37,630 nt of DNA from an uncultured Gemmatimonadota bacterium (lineage in GTDB: Bacteria; SM23-81; DAOVCL01). The stretch is taken from contig CAZVGK010000032.1 of NCBI GenBank assembly GCA_964626665.1, positions 1 through 37,630 of the forward strand, written 5' to 3'. Every line of letters begins with the position of its first letter. Position 1 is the stretch's first letter. Under the pieces are notes generated by a model that was not told where the DNA came from, did not search any database, and worked only from the letters and a program-made list of their open reading frames with translations. Both the position numbers and the translations under genes were made by a program. Positions 8,498 to 18,837 of this stretch are shown one piece after another.

Positions 8498-11407
8498 ATG
8501 GGAAGGCTTAAAGTCAAGTGGTTAACTGGCATACTTGTTCTCACCCTGTTTCTCTGCCCGACCCTTTTCGCGGGCATATCGGGAAAGATAGCAGGAGTGG
8601 TCAAGGATGCTGAATCTGGAGCCCCCTTGCCAGGGGTAAATGTGGTTATCCAGGGAACAAGTATGGGGGCAGCTACCAACCTTAAGGGGGAATACTTTAT
8701 CATTAATGTTCCTGTGGGCACCTATACCCTTAAGGCCTCTATGGTGGGTTATATCGAGATGGAAGTGGAGAAGGTGGGGGTAGTTGCTGATTTGACCACC
8801 ACTCAGGATTTCGAGCTTAAACCTACCGTTCTGGAGATTGGCCAGGTGATCAAGGTGGTGGCCGAGAGGCCGCTCATCCAAGGGGATAGAACCGGTAGCC
8901 TTCAGATTACCAGCGGCGAGCAGCTCCAAAATATGCCGGTTAAGGACTACAGTGATATGGTTAGTATCCAGAGTGGGGTGGTTAAATACGCCGATAATGC
9001 GGACATCAGGCAGCGAGGCGGAAGGGAGAGCACTAACACTCCTACATTGAACATCAGGGGGGGAAGGGCAGATGAAGTTGCCTACTATGTAGATGGCTTC
9101 TCCCAACAGGACCCTCTCACTGGAATATCTACTACCGCCATAAACAGCAATGCCATTGAACAGGTAGTGGCTATGGCTGGGGGATTCAATGCGGAGTATG
9201 GTAAGGTGATGTCCGGGGCGGTGAATGTGGTTACTAAGGAAGGGACCGGGAAGTATAACGGAGTATTTGAGGTGGTTACCGATAACCTTGGGGATTGGAT
9301 GGGCATCGACAGATACGACTACAACGTGTATGACCTGGCCTTAGGCGGTCCTCTCATCCCGAATAATGATCGGTATAGCTTCTACTTCTCGGGTGAGAAG
9401 AGGTGGCAGAGAGACAGAGATCCTCGTCTCTATGCTCAGGATGCCAACGAAGCGCGGGAGGAGTTCTTAGGGGTAAAAACCGACAATGATAACATCCTTC
9501 CCCATAATTCCCTCTGGGGTTATACCTGGCAGGGGAAGCTAAACCTGAAGCTAAGTAACGCCATAAACTTGAAGCTGGGAACCCTTGGCTCTCTGGACCG
9601 GTGGTTGGAATTCAGACACAATTACCTCTTTGATATCGAGCACGCCCCCAAATATGTGGACAAGAACAACTCCTTTTATGCCAAGCTCATCCATACCCTG
9701 AGTAACCGAACATTCTATACCATTTCCGGAAGTTACTATGTTACCGAAAGGAAGAGGGGAGATGGAATCTACTTCGATAAGTTAGATGATTATGCCCGAC
9801 CGACTGGCAACCCCAGATATGATGACGAATCCCTCTTCTACTCCTGGGATGATCCATCCACTTCTGCTGATGAAGGGCATGTTTGGGATGACTATCTCCA
9901 TCGAAAGTCCTCCTATGTGGGTGCAGATTTCGATATCACCAGCCAGGTAACCCCTCATCATCAGGTGAAATCCGGCCTCCAGTTTCAGAGACACGCCTTG
10001 AGATACTACAGACACCTCTTCCCCCATAAGGTTTTTCTGGGCGTTACAGGAGGAGGTTATAACGATGTGGACTGGTATGGGTATGATATGAACGGGGATA
10101 CAGAGCAGGATACCTCCGAGCTGAATTCGGCCAAACATCCAATAACCGCTGCTCTCTATCTGCAGGACAAGATAGAGTATGAGGGGATTGTGGTAAATGC
10201 CGGCCTCAGGGTGGATTATCTGAATGTGGACACCAAGATGTTGAAGGATGAGTTTCTGCCTCTGGGGATATATACAACCCCGGATGGGAGGTCTTATAAA
10301 GACGCCACCCTAAACGAAACCGACTATACCGATGCCAGAGGGAACTTACATCCTACAGACTTGAAGGAGGCGAAGAAAAGGATCTTCACCAGCCCCAGGC
10401 TGGGGATTGGATTCCCGGTCACCGATAGGACCCTTCTCCACATCAACTATGGCAAGTTCTTCCAACAGCCCAATCTGGTTAACCTCTATGTGAACTATGG
10501 CTACTTGGAGTATATGGTCAAAGCTAGCCCATACTATTATCCCTTTGGCAACCCCAATCTAAAACCTGAGGAGACGACGGCTTACGAGGTAGGACTGACC
10601 CAACAACTTGGTGCAAACACCAAACTTGATGTCACGGGTTACTATAAGGATGTGAAGAACCTGGTCGAGGTGACCAATATCGGGTCTTATCCTAAGGGTT
10701 TTGCCTCTTACAAGAATATGGACTATGGAACTATAAAGGGGGCCGATTTTGCCCTGACGATGAGGAGGACCCGCCATCTGGCCCTGAACCTCGCCTACAG
10801 CCTCTCCTGGTCTAACGGGACTGGTTCCTTTACCAATACCCAGAGGAATGTAGCTTGGACGGCCTCGGAATCTCCCAAGATGTTGGCTTCATTGGAGTTT
10901 GATCAAAGACACAAGCTCTCCGCCAATGTTGACTACAGGTTAGGCAAAGGAGAAGGGCCTAAGTTGGGGAATAGCTTCCCTCTGCAGAAAGCGGGGATCA
11001 ACCTTATCCTTACCGCCGCCAGCGGAACCCCATATACGCCTATGGTGGTCTACAATGAGGTTACCTTGGCCGCAGTTGCTCCTACTCCCGCCGGTCCGAT
11101 TAACTCGATAGAGGGCCCCTGGACCTATAGGTTAGATTTGAAGGCCGATCGAGAAGTCTCGCTTATGGGTCTAAATACGACCTTTTATCTCTGGATTCTG
11201 AACCTCTTCGGTCGGAAGAATGCCGTTGATGTCTATGAGTGCAGCGGCAGCCCGACTACGACCACCTGGCTTTCTACCCCTGAGGGACAGAAGTATGTGG
11301 AGACCTATGGGGCAACAGGGGAAAGGAAATATCTGCTGAAGGAGAAAAACCCCAACAACTTCGATTTCCCCAGGTTGGTGAGGTTTGGGATAAGGATAAA
11401 CTTTTAA
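8498..11407 (+). CDS. TonB-dependent receptor with N-terminal carboxypeptidase-regulatory-like domain
   Basis: Signal peptide; GKIAGVVKDAESGAPLPGVNV; plug NIRGGR..EVAYYVDG; GGFNAEYG; GNPNLKPEETTAYEVG; C-terminal Phe; AAGGAGGT RBS (ATG8498 or TTG8495). Confidence 0.92.
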   Translation: MGRLKVKWLTGILVLTLFLCPTLFAGISGKIAGVVKDAESGAPLPGVNVVIQGTSMGAATNLKGEYFIINVPVGTYTLKASMVGYIEMEVEKVGVVADLTTTQDFELKPTVLEIGQVIKVVAERPLIQGDRTGSLQITSGEQLQNMPVKDYSDMVSIQSGVVKYADNADIRQRGGRESTNTPTLNIRGGRADEVAYYVDGFSQQDPLTGISTTAINSNAIEQVVAMAGGFNAEYGKVMSGAVNVVTKEGTGKYNGVFEVVTDNLGDWMGIDRYDYNVYDLALGGPLIPNNDRYSFYFSGEKRWQRDRDPRLYAQDANEAREEFLGVKTDNDNILPHNSLWGYTWQGKLNLKLSNAINLKLGTLGSLDRWLEFRHNYLFDIEHAPKYVDKNNSFYAKLIHTLSNRTFYTISGSYYVTERKRGDGIYFDKLDDYARPTGNPRYDDESLFYSWDDPSTSADEGHVWDDYLHRKSSYVGADFDITSQVTPHHQVKSGLQFQRHALRYYRHLFPHKVFLGVTGGGYNDVDWYGYDMNGDTEQDTSELNSAKHPITAALYLQDKIEYEGIVVNAGLRVDYLNVDTKMLKDEFLPLGIYTTPDGRSYKDATLNETDYTDARGNLHPTDLKEAKKRIFTSPRLGIGFPVTDRTLLHINYGKFFQQPNLVNLYVNYGYLEYMVKASPYYYPFGNPNLKPEETTAYEVGLTQQLGANTKLDVTGYYKDVKNLVEVTNIGSYPKGFASYKNMDYGTIKGADFALTMRRTRHLALNLAYSLSWSNGTGSFTNTQRNVAWTASESPKMLASLEFDQRHKLSANVDYRLGKGEGPKLGNSFPLQKAGINLILTAASGTPYTPMVVYNEVTLAAVAPTPAGPINSIEGPWTYRLDLKADREVSLMGLNTTFYLWILNLFGRKNAVDVYECSGSPTTTTWLSTPEGQKYVETYGATGERKYLLKEKNPNNFDFPRLVRFGIRINF

Positions 11408-11434
11408 GTATAGCCGAAATCGAGGAGGAAAAAG

Positions 11435-14400
11435 ATGAAGGTGAGATGCTTTATTATCATCTCCATTGTCCTGGCCTTAGCTGGAGGAGGTTATGCTAAG
11501 GAGCCAGGGACAGGGAGAGGCTCTATGGCAAAACCCACTGGGGCGAAGGGTGAGGATACAGAGACGACTATAGATATTAACAACATCGAGATGTTCGTCA
11601 CCAATATCGGTGCCTTCGCTTATGATGTGGGGGCTTCCAGAGGTCAATATGATGGGCTTTATTTCCCCAAGGGGACGGACAAGACTGCGGTTTATGCCTC
11701 CGGCCTCTGGATAGGGGCAACGGTGCGGGACACCATCAGGGTAGCCATCGCCGAGTATTCTCAAGAGTATGGCCCGGGGAAGATGATTGACCCCCCTGGA
11801 ACCTGGGATGATCCAGATAAGACAGAGTATAGATTGTACAAGATCAGCAAGGCCCTCAACCCGGATGCCGATGGCAACTATGAGGACGACTGGCGGGATT
11901 GGCCTGTAGAGGATGGGGCACCGGTTGTAGAGGTCGCGCCAGATTCTACTATTCCGCTCATTTTAGGCGATCAGACCCTCTGGTGTGTCTATAACGATGC
12001 CGATCCATCAAGACACAGCAATATGGAGACCGATGCCTTAGGGTTAGAGGTGCAACAGACCACCTTTGCCTTCAATCGCACTGGGGCCTTGGGTTATACG
12101 GTTTTTCTTAAGTTGAAGATAATCAACAAAGGCCTTAATATATTGGACTCCACATATATCGCCCTCTGGTCTGACCCGGATCTGGGAGGGGCCTCCGATG
12201 ACCTGGTGGGGTCTGACACGACTTTGAGTTTGGGCTATTGCTACAATGCCACCAACAATGATAATGTCTATGGGCGGAAGCCTCCGGCCGTTGGCTATGA
12301 CTTCTTTCAAGGGCCCATTGTCCCCTCGTCAGGCGACACAGCCTGGGTAAGTGGCCGTCCGGTCCCGGACTATAGGAACCTGCCAATGACCTCCTTTAAC
12401 AAGTACATCAATGGCACCGACCCACTCACAGCTCAGGAGGTCTACTGGTATATGATGGGGTTGGATGCGGTGGTTAGTGGTGGTGCTCCTTATATCAATC
12501 CTACGACCGGCGAAGTAACCACCTATGCTATGTCCGGTGATCCCATTTTAGGGACGGGGTGGCTGGACTCAGACCCTGCCGACAGGAGGTTTATGCTCTG
12601 CTCAGGCCCATTTACTATGGCCCCGGGTGATACCCAGGAGGTGGTGGGGGCCATAATTGTGGGCCAAGGGAAGGATAGGTTGAGCAGCATCAGTGCCCTT
12701 AAGTTCTATGATCAGGCTGCCCAGGATGCCTTTGACAAGAACTTCGATCTGCCTTCCCCTCCCCCTCATCCTGTGGTAGAGGCATCTCCGGGTGATGGAA
12801 AGGTGATCTTAAGCTGGGGCACCCGCTCCCAGGATGAATATCAGGAGGCCGAGTATTCCTTTGAGGGTTACAATGTATACCAGGGAGCCTCCGTGGCCGG
12901 TCCCTGGCAGAGGATAGCTACCTATGACTTGGTTAATGGCGTTAGGATTGTGGAGGATAGGGTCTTTGATGTTGATGTAGGTTATCCTGTGGAAAAGCCG
13001 GTTCAGTTCGGCTCAGATGTGGGTCTCAGCCAGTCCATTGAGATCACTGACGATGCGATAATGGGGGGAAACCTAAGTAACGGGAAGACCTACTACTTTG
13101 CTGTCACCGCCTATTCCCTCAGCGAAACCGAGTCTCCTAAAACTTTGGAGAATGCTATGGATCCCATCCCCGTTGTTCCTCAGGAAAATCCCGCCGGGAC
13201 GGTGATCAACCCGGTAACCGTTAGTTATAGCAGGACCAATCCCAGCATCCCCCCCACTACAGATGAAGTGGATGTCTCCGTGGTCAACCGGAATGATGTT
13301 ACTGGAGATGACTACCAGGTCAGCTTCAGCCCCGTAGTCCCTCCCCTTCAGTTTGTGAGTGCCAGAGGGGAATCGATCACCGTCAACTACTACTGGAACC
13401 TATTGAACCAGACCACGGGAGATACCCTTCTACAGGATCAGTATTATCTCTACGAGGATGAGGCCCTGGATTTCCATCCCTTCAAGGTGGTTGATGGCCT
13501 CCTGGTGAAGGTTCTTGGCTCCTACAAATCTGAGCTGCAAAGTGTCTCCCATGAGAACCTGAACACCGCTCATGATCGTGGTCTGAGTTGGGTAAATTGG
13601 GGACTATGCTGCTTTAACGGGGCAGCCGGTTACGGAATAAACTTCTTCGGCAGCACCCTTGATCCGGCAACTATGCCGGACTCCTTCTTTACCGTGGAGT
13701 TCGAGTTTACTAATGACATCGACTCCACGGGAGTAATTGGAGTTCCGGCTGGCCAGAAAGCCTACAAGTACGACCGACCAGGCTATGCATACACGGGCTT
13801 CTATCAGGTTCCCTTCACCGTGTGGAAGGTGGTTGGTGGGGAAAGGGTGATGCAGCTTAACGCCTGTTTTGTGGAGTGGACTGAATCAGCGGTCTATGAT
13901 AGCACCTGGGACCCGGATGCCACTGATGTGGGTGGTCGGGAGTATCTCTTCATTATGAAGAGCCAGTATGATGCGAATGGTGGGGTCTATGATGATGACA
14001 ACTGGGGGCCAGCGGCAGACGTCCTTTATGCCGGTGGATTTCGCCTCAGGGGTGTCACGGGCTACATAGACCAGGGCGATGTCTTGCGGTTTCAATGGGC
14101 ATGCCCTGCTGATGATAACGACATCTTTAGCTTCTCCACTAAGGATGTAGTTGCCACACCAGCCGCACAGGCCAAGTTAGATCTGAAGAAGATCAAGGTT
14201 GTTCCCAACCCCTATTTCAACCACTCCTCCTACGAGATCGACCAGTTCCATAGGATGGTGAAGTTTACTAACCTTCCTGAGAAGTGCACTATCAGGGTCT
14301 TCAACCTGGCGGGGGATCTGGTGAGAACCCTGGAAAAGGATGACCCCACTACCTCTCTGCTCACCTGGAACCTTCTCACGGAGAGGCAATTGCCTATAGC

Positions 14401-14500
14401 CAGCGGGATCTATATCTACTATGTGGATGCCCCCGGAGTAGGAAGCATCTTCGGGAAGATGGCCATCTTTATGGAGAAGGAGCAACTGAGAACCTGGTAA
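11435..14500 (+). CDS. Large secreted protein with Fn3-like domain and T9SS-like C-terminal domain
   Basis: Signal peptide; Fn3-like GDGKVILSW..FEGYNVY..YYFAVTAY; C-terminus IKVVPNPY..KFTNLPEKCTIRVFNLAGDLVRTL..WNL..IASGIYIYYV. Confidence 0.8.
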   Translation: MKVRCFIIISIVLALAGGGYAKEPGTGRGSMAKPTGAKGEDTETTIDINNIEMFVTNIGAFAYDVGASRGQYDGLYFPKGTDKTAVYASGLWIGATVRDTIRVAIAEYSQEYGPGKMIDPPGTWDDPDKTEYRLYKISKALNPDADGNYEDDWRDWPVEDGAPVVEVAPDSTIPLILGDQTLWCVYNDADPSRHSNMETDALGLEVQQTTFAFNRTGALGYTVFLKLKIINKGLNILDSTYIALWSDPDLGGASDDLVGSDTTLSLGYCYNATNNDNVYGRKPPAVGYDFFQGPIVPSSGDTAWVSGRPVPDYRNLPMTSFNKYINGTDPLTAQEVYWYMMGLDAVVSGGAPYINPTTGEVTTYAMSGDPILGTGWLDSDPADRRFMLCSGPFTMAPGDTQEVVGAIIVGQGKDRLSSISALKFYDQAAQDAFDKNFDLPSPPPHPVVEASPGDGKVILSWGTRSQDEYQEAEYSFEGYNVYQGASVAGPWQRIATYDLVNGVRIVEDRVFDVDVGYPVEKPVQFGSDVGLSQSIEITDDAIMGGNLSNGKTYYFAVTAYSLSETESPKTLENAMDPIPVVPQENPAGTVINPVTVSYSRTNPSIPPTTDEVDVSVVNRNDVTGDDYQVSFSPVVPPLQFVSARGESITVNYYWNLLNQTTGDTLLQDQYYLYEDEALDFHPFKVVDGLLVKVLGSYKSELQSVSHENLNTAHDRGLSWVNWGLCCFNGAAGYGINFFGSTLDPATMPDSFFTVEFEFTNDIDSTGVIGVPAGQKAYKYDRPGYAYTGFYQVPFTVWKVVGGERVMQLNACFVEWTESAVYDSTWDPDATDVGGREYLFIMKSQYDANGGVYDDDNWGPAADVLYAGGFRLRGVTGYIDQGDVLRFQWACPADDNDIFSFSTKDVVATPAAQAKLDLKKIKVVPNPYFNHSSYEIDQFHRMVKFTNLPEKCTIRVFNLAGDLVRTLEKDDPTTSLLTWNLLTERQLPIASGIYIYYVDAPGVGSIFGKMAIFMEKEQLRTW

Positions 14501-14531
14501 ACTCTAAAATTAGTCAGAGGAGGTTTTTACG

Positions 14532-15551
14532 ATGAAATCAAGGATTATATTCCCGGCCTTGGCCTTGTGCCTCTTCCTCTTGGCAGGCCAGGCTCTGGGG
14601 GGAAGTGGATTGAAGACGGGGACGGCAGGGGCCCAGGAACTGAGATTACCGGTTGGTTCCTATGCCACCTCCTTGGGTGGGGCGGTGATTGCCAATGTCC
14701 AGGGGGTAGAGGCCCTCTACTGGAATCCTGCGGGAGTGGCCCAGACCGAAGGCTCACAGGCGATGTTTTCCAGGATGAACTATATAGCTGATATAGACCT
14801 GAGCTATTTTGGGGTCTGTACCAATCTGGGAGGATTTGGCTCCTTAGGCCTAAGCGCCAAAGTGTTGGATATAGGGGATATAGAAGAGACTACCGAGGAT
14901 TATCCTGGCGGGACAGGGAGGAAATTTTCCCCTACCTTCACCGTGCTGGGCCTTACCTACTCCCGGCAGATGACGGACAGGGTCTCCTTTGGGACTACGA
15001 TGATGTATCTTTCCGAGAGCATTATGCGGGAGAGGGCCCATGGGCTGGCCTTTGACTTTGGGTTTCAATACATCCCCGGCTGGAGGGGGTTGAAGCTCGG
15101 TTTTGTGGTGAAAAACTTTGGTCCCTCAATGAGGTTTGATGGGCCTGACTTTGAATATCAACTTCTCCCCATAGAGGATGATCCTCAGGCAGCCAGCAAG
15201 ACTATGAGGACCCAGTCGGCGGAGTTTGAGCTTCCCTCCTCAATTCAATTTGGCACCTCCTACGAATTTTTGCATCAGGGGGATAACCGGGCCACATTAG
15301 TGGGCAACTTCCAGAGCAACAACTTCTCCCAGGACGAATATAGGGGGGGAATCGAATACTGTTATCGGGAGATGCTCTTTCTGAGAGGAGGATACAAGGG
15401 TTCATCCCAAAAGGATTACCTCTTTGGGCCGAGCTTTGGATTTGGCCTCAGGTTCAACATAGGCGAGACAAAGGTCGACTTTGACTACTCCTATCTTTCC
15501 ACCGAATACTTCGATGGCAATCAGGTTTTTACCCTCAAGCTATCCTTTTAG
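14532..15551 (+). CDS. PorV/PorQ-family (UPF0164-like) outer-membrane beta-barrel
   Basis: Signal peptide; GTAGAQELRLPVG, ALYWNPAG, LFLRGGY; terminal LKLSF. Confidence 0.82.
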   Translation: MKSRIIFPALALCLFLLAGQALGGSGLKTGTAGAQELRLPVGSYATSLGGAVIANVQGVEALYWNPAGVAQTEGSQAMFSRMNYIADIDLSYFGVCTNLGGFGSLGLSAKVLDIGDIEETTEDYPGGTGRKFSPTFTVLGLTYSRQMTDRVSFGTTMMYLSESIMRERAHGLAFDFGFQYIPGWRGLKLGFVVKNFGPSMRFDGPDFEYQLLPIEDDPQAASKTMRTQSAEFELPSSIQFGTSYEFLHQGDNRATLVGNFQSNNFSQDEYRGGIEYCYREMLFLRGGYKGSSQKDYLFGPSFGFGLRFNIGETKVDFDYSYLSTEYFDGNQVFTLKLSF

Positions 15552-15575
15552 GCCATACCCATACCCTCGCCACTT

Positions 15576-15609
15576 TCAAAGGCCCTCTTCTCAGAGGGCC
15601 TTTGATTTT
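15576..15609 (+). terminator. Rho-independent terminator
   Basis: TCAAAGGCCCTCT-tctc-AGAGGGCCTTTGA followed by TTTT. Confidence 0.75.
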
Positions 15610-15613
15610 AGGG

Positions 15614-15642
15614 TTGCCCTTAACCTGCACTTTTTATATTAT
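15614..15642 (+). promoter_or_regulatory. Putative promoter directly before mfd (leaderless)
   Basis: TTGCCC, 17 bp, TATTAT, then 6 nt to ATG15649; no SD. Confidence 0.5.
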
Positions 15643-15648
15643 TCCCCT

Positions 15649-18600
15649 ATGGCCCTGGCAGAGATCAGAAGAAAATTCAAGGGATCCAGCCCCTGGCATA
15701 CCCTCTTTGGGCTATTAGGGAACAGCTCAAAGGTCTCCATCTCCGAGCTCTATGGATCCTCCAAAGCCCTTCTCCTCTCGGTCCTCAGGGAAGGGTTGGG
15801 GGAGCCTATCCTGGCTATCGTTACCCAGCCCAGGGAGGCCGAGGAGATAGTTGATGACCTGAGGTCATTTGGGGAGGAGACCAGGATCTTCCTCCCCCTT
15901 TCCCCCCACGGGGATGAACCGGAGATAATGGGGGAAAGGATAGAAGCCCTTTGGTGGCTCTCCCAGGGGAAGAGATTGATTCTGGTTGCCACACCCGAGG
16001 CTTTAGCGGAGAGGATAATGTCCTGTGAGCTTTTCTCCCGGAGTGTGATTAAGATAAAGGTTGGCCAGAGGTTGGATAGGGAGAAGCTCATAAAAGAGCT
16101 GGTGAAGATGGGCTTTGAGAACCTCCCCTTAGTGGAGCGGGTGGGGGACTTCAGCATCAGGGGAGGAATATTGGACATCTTCCCCTATGGAGGGGAGAAC
16201 CCTATGAGAATAGAGCTCTTCGGGGATAGGGTGGAATCGATAAGGTATTTTAATGTGCAGACTCAGAGGTCGGTGGAGAAGATAGCCGAAGTCTTTGTCC
16301 TCCCCCGGACGGACCATCCGGCTCCCTCCTCAGCCAGCCTCACAGACTACTTTCCCTCTGGTTCCTTGCTCTTCCTTCATGAATCCCTACAGGTGGCTAC
16401 CCCTCAGGTTGATATGGCCAGATTAAACGAAGGGGGCCGATTCAGGGTTATAGAGGAATCCCCCCTGAAGGGATATAGGGAGGGGAGTATCCCCATAGGT
16501 GCCCACCCCCAGGAGCCGGTGAACTCGAACCTCACCCTCTTGCGGAAGAGGCTGGAGGGGAATCTCCGGAAAGGGTGGAAGAGCTACATCCTCTGTGAGA
16601 ACAGGGGCCAGGTCCAGAGGTTAGAGGAACTTTTAGACTTCCCTCAAAAGGTGGAGATCTCAGTGGGGAGCCTGCATCAAGGGTTCTTGCTTGCAGAATC
16701 AGGGGTCTCCGTCTTCACCGACCACGAAATATTCAACCGCTATCGCCTCAGGAGAAGAAAAAGGAAATACAAAGAGGGTGTGGCCATTAGCTCCTGGCGA
16801 TCCCTTTCCCAGGGGGATTGGGTGGTGCATATAGACTATGGCATTGGGAAGTTCTTAGGCCTGAAGCTAATTGAGACCGCTGGGGAGAAGATGGAGTGTC
16901 TCCACCTGGTCTATAGGGATGGGGATAGGCTCTATGTGCCCATTGACCAGTTGGATTGGGTGCAGAAATATGTGGGCAAGGAAGGATTTGTCCCCCAGCT
17001 TTCCAGGATGGGAGGAAAGGATTGGGAGAGAACCAGGCGCAAGGCCAAGAAGGCCATAAGGGATATGGCCAAGGAACTCATCGAGATATACGCGGAAAGG
17101 AAGGCTAAGAGTGGATTTACCTTCTTCCCAGATACAGAATGGCAGAGGGAGCTGGAGGCATCTTTTATCTATGAGGAGACCTCAGATCAGCTCTCCGCTA
17201 TTGAGGCCATCAAGGCCGATATGGAGGTTCCAGCCCCTATGGACAGGTTGGTCTGTGGCGATGTGGGTTATGGAAAGACAGAGGTGGCGGTGCGGGCTGC
17301 CTTCAAGGCGGTGATGGATGGAAAGCAGGTGGCCATCTTAGTTCCCACTACGGTTCTGGCCCAACAGCATCTGATCACCTTCAACGAAAGGCTGGCCGAG
17401 TATCCGGTGAGGGTGGAGATGCTCTCTCGGTTCAAGACAAGGAGCCAACAGAGGGAGATCCTCAAAGACTTAAAAGAGGGGAAGGTAGATATACTCATCG
17501 GCACCCATCGGCTTATTCAAAAGGATGTGCAGTTTAAGGACCTGGGGCTGGTGGTCATCGATGAGGAACAGAGGTTCGGGGTGGCCCATAAAGAGAGGCT
17601 GAAAAAGTTGAGAAAGTTAGTGGATGTTCTCACCCTCACGGCCACCCCCATCCCCCGCACCCTGCATCTCTCCTTGATGGAGGCCAGGGATATGTCCCGC
17701 ATAGACACCCCCCCTCGGGAGAGGTTGGCAGTGGAAACCCAAATCGTTCCCTTTGACCCCCAGCTCATCTCTGAGGCCATCCTCAGGGAGGTGGAAAGGG
17801 GAGGGCAGGTATATTTCGTGCATAACCGGGTGGAGACAATTGAAAATATGGCCGGCTTTTTAAGGAAAATCCTCCCCCAGGTGAGATTTGGCATAGCCCA
17901 TGGCCAGATGGAGGAGAAACCTTTGGAGAGGGTGATGCTCGATTTCCTGGGGGGGAGGTTTGACTGCCTGGTTACCACCAGCATTATAGAGTCTGGAATA
18001 GATATACCCAATGTGAACACCCTCATTATCGACCGCGCGGACAGATTTGGCCTGGCTCAGCTCTATCAATTGAGAGGTAGAGTGGGAAGATCTAATCAGC
18101 AGGCATATGCTTACCTCCTGGTCCCCCCCTGGAGGAGGCTTACCCCCACGGCCCGAAAAAGGCTTAAGGCCATTGAGCAGTTCACCAAGTTGGGCTCAGG
18201 CTTCGATTTAGCTATGAGGGATCTGGAGATAAGGGGAGCGGGCAATATCCTGGGGCCCCAACAGCACGGCTTTGTAGAGGCTGTGGGGTTTAACCTCTAC
18301 TGCCGGTTAATTGAGGAGGCGGTCAGGGAACTAAAAGGAGAAGGAGCCAGGGAGGTCCCCAAGGCCCAAATCAACTTCAAGGGGAATCTCCTTTTCCCCA
18401 CCTCATATATCACCTCTCCTGATCAGAGGATGGAGCTCTATCAGAGACTGGCTGAGGCTAAATCCGTCACCGAGGTAGAGGAGCTTAAGGAGGAGGTCCA
18501 GGACAGATATGGGAAACTCTCTGAGGGGGCAATAATGCTTTTTGACCGGACCGAAGTGGCCCTCTTAGCCGGGGAGAAGGGGATCTCCCAGGTTTGGCTC

Positions 18601-18795
18601 AAGGGAGAAGGGCTTGTCTTTACCTATGAGAAGGGCTTTACCCCCTCCCAGGAGGAGATAAAAAAGCTCCTCAGGCTCCCCTTCAAGGTGGAGTTTAACC
18701 AAGGGGAGTGTTTAGAGATAATCTTCCCCTTAGGTGAGGCAGAAGGGGAAAAGTGGCTAAAAAAAGCAAAAAATATCTTGCAAAGATGGAAATGA
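15649..18795 (+). CDS. mfd: Transcription-repair coupling factor
   Basis: FSIRGGILDIF, VVHIDYGIG, CGDVGYGKTEVA, IDEEQRFGV, TATPIPRTL, QLRGRVGRS, RDLEIRGAGN. Start moved to ATG15649 because the longer ORF overlaps porV and its terminator. Confidence 0.95.
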   Translation: MALAEIRRKFKGSSPWHTLFGLLGNSSKVSISELYGSSKALLLSVLREGLGEPILAIVTQPREAEEIVDDLRSFGEETRIFLPLSPHGDEPEIMGERIEALWWLSQGKRLILVATPEALAERIMSCELFSRSVIKIKVGQRLDREKLIKELVKMGFENLPLVERVGDFSIRGGILDIFPYGGENPMRIELFGDRVESIRYFNVQTQRSVEKIAEVFVLPRTDHPAPSSASLTDYFPSGSLLFLHESLQVATPQVDMARLNEGGRFRVIEESPLKGYREGSIPIGAHPQEPVNSNLTLLRKRLEGNLRKGWKSYILCENRGQVQRLEELLDFPQKVEISVGSLHQGFLLAESGVSVFTDHEIFNRYRLRRRKRKYKEGVAISSWRSLSQGDWVVHIDYGIGKFLGLKLIETAGEKMECLHLVYRDGDRLYVPIDQLDWVQKYVGKEGFVPQLSRMGGKDWERTRRKAKKAIRDMAKELIEIYAERKAKSGFTFFPDTEWQRELEASFIYEETSDQLSAIEAIKADMEVPAPMDRLVCGDVGYGKTEVAVRAAFKAVMDGKQVAILVPTTVLAQQHLITFNERLAEYPVRVEMLSRFKTRSQQREILKDLKEGKVDILIGTHRLIQKDVQFKDLGLVVIDEEQRFGVAHKERLKKLRKLVDVLTLTATPIPRTLHLSLMEARDMSRIDTPPRERLAVETQIVPFDPQLISEAILREVERGGQVYFVHNRVETIENMAGFLRKILPQVRFGIAHGQMEEKPLERVMLDFLGGRFDCLVTTSIIESGIDIPNVNTLIIDRADRFGLAQLYQLRGRVGRSNQQAYAYLLVPPWRRLTPTARKRLKAIEQFTKLGSGFDLAMRDLEIRGAGNILGPQQHGFVEAVGFNLYCRLIEEAVRELKGEGAREVPKAQINFKGNLLFPTSYITSPDQRMELYQRLAEAKSVTEVEELKEEVQDRYGKLSEGAIMLFDRTEVALLAGEKGISQVWLKGEGLVFTYEKGFTPSQEEIKKLLRLPFKVEFNQGECLEIIFPLGEAEGEKWLKKAKNILQRWK

Positions 18796-18806
18796 CCGTA
18801 TATATT
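18778..18806 (+). promoter_or_regulatory. Putative promoter overlapping the mfd 3' end
   Basis: TTGCAA, 17 bp, TATATT. Confidence 0.45.
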
Positions 18807-18837
18807 CGTTTCTAAACCCTTAAGGAAAGGAGAAGAG

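Noticed and set aside
15481-15648. N-terminal extension of Mfd (similarly SelA 27446-27553 and PBP1A 32191-32256)
   Set aside because: Extensions overlap upstream genes, terminators or promoters and precede the family-typical N-termini.
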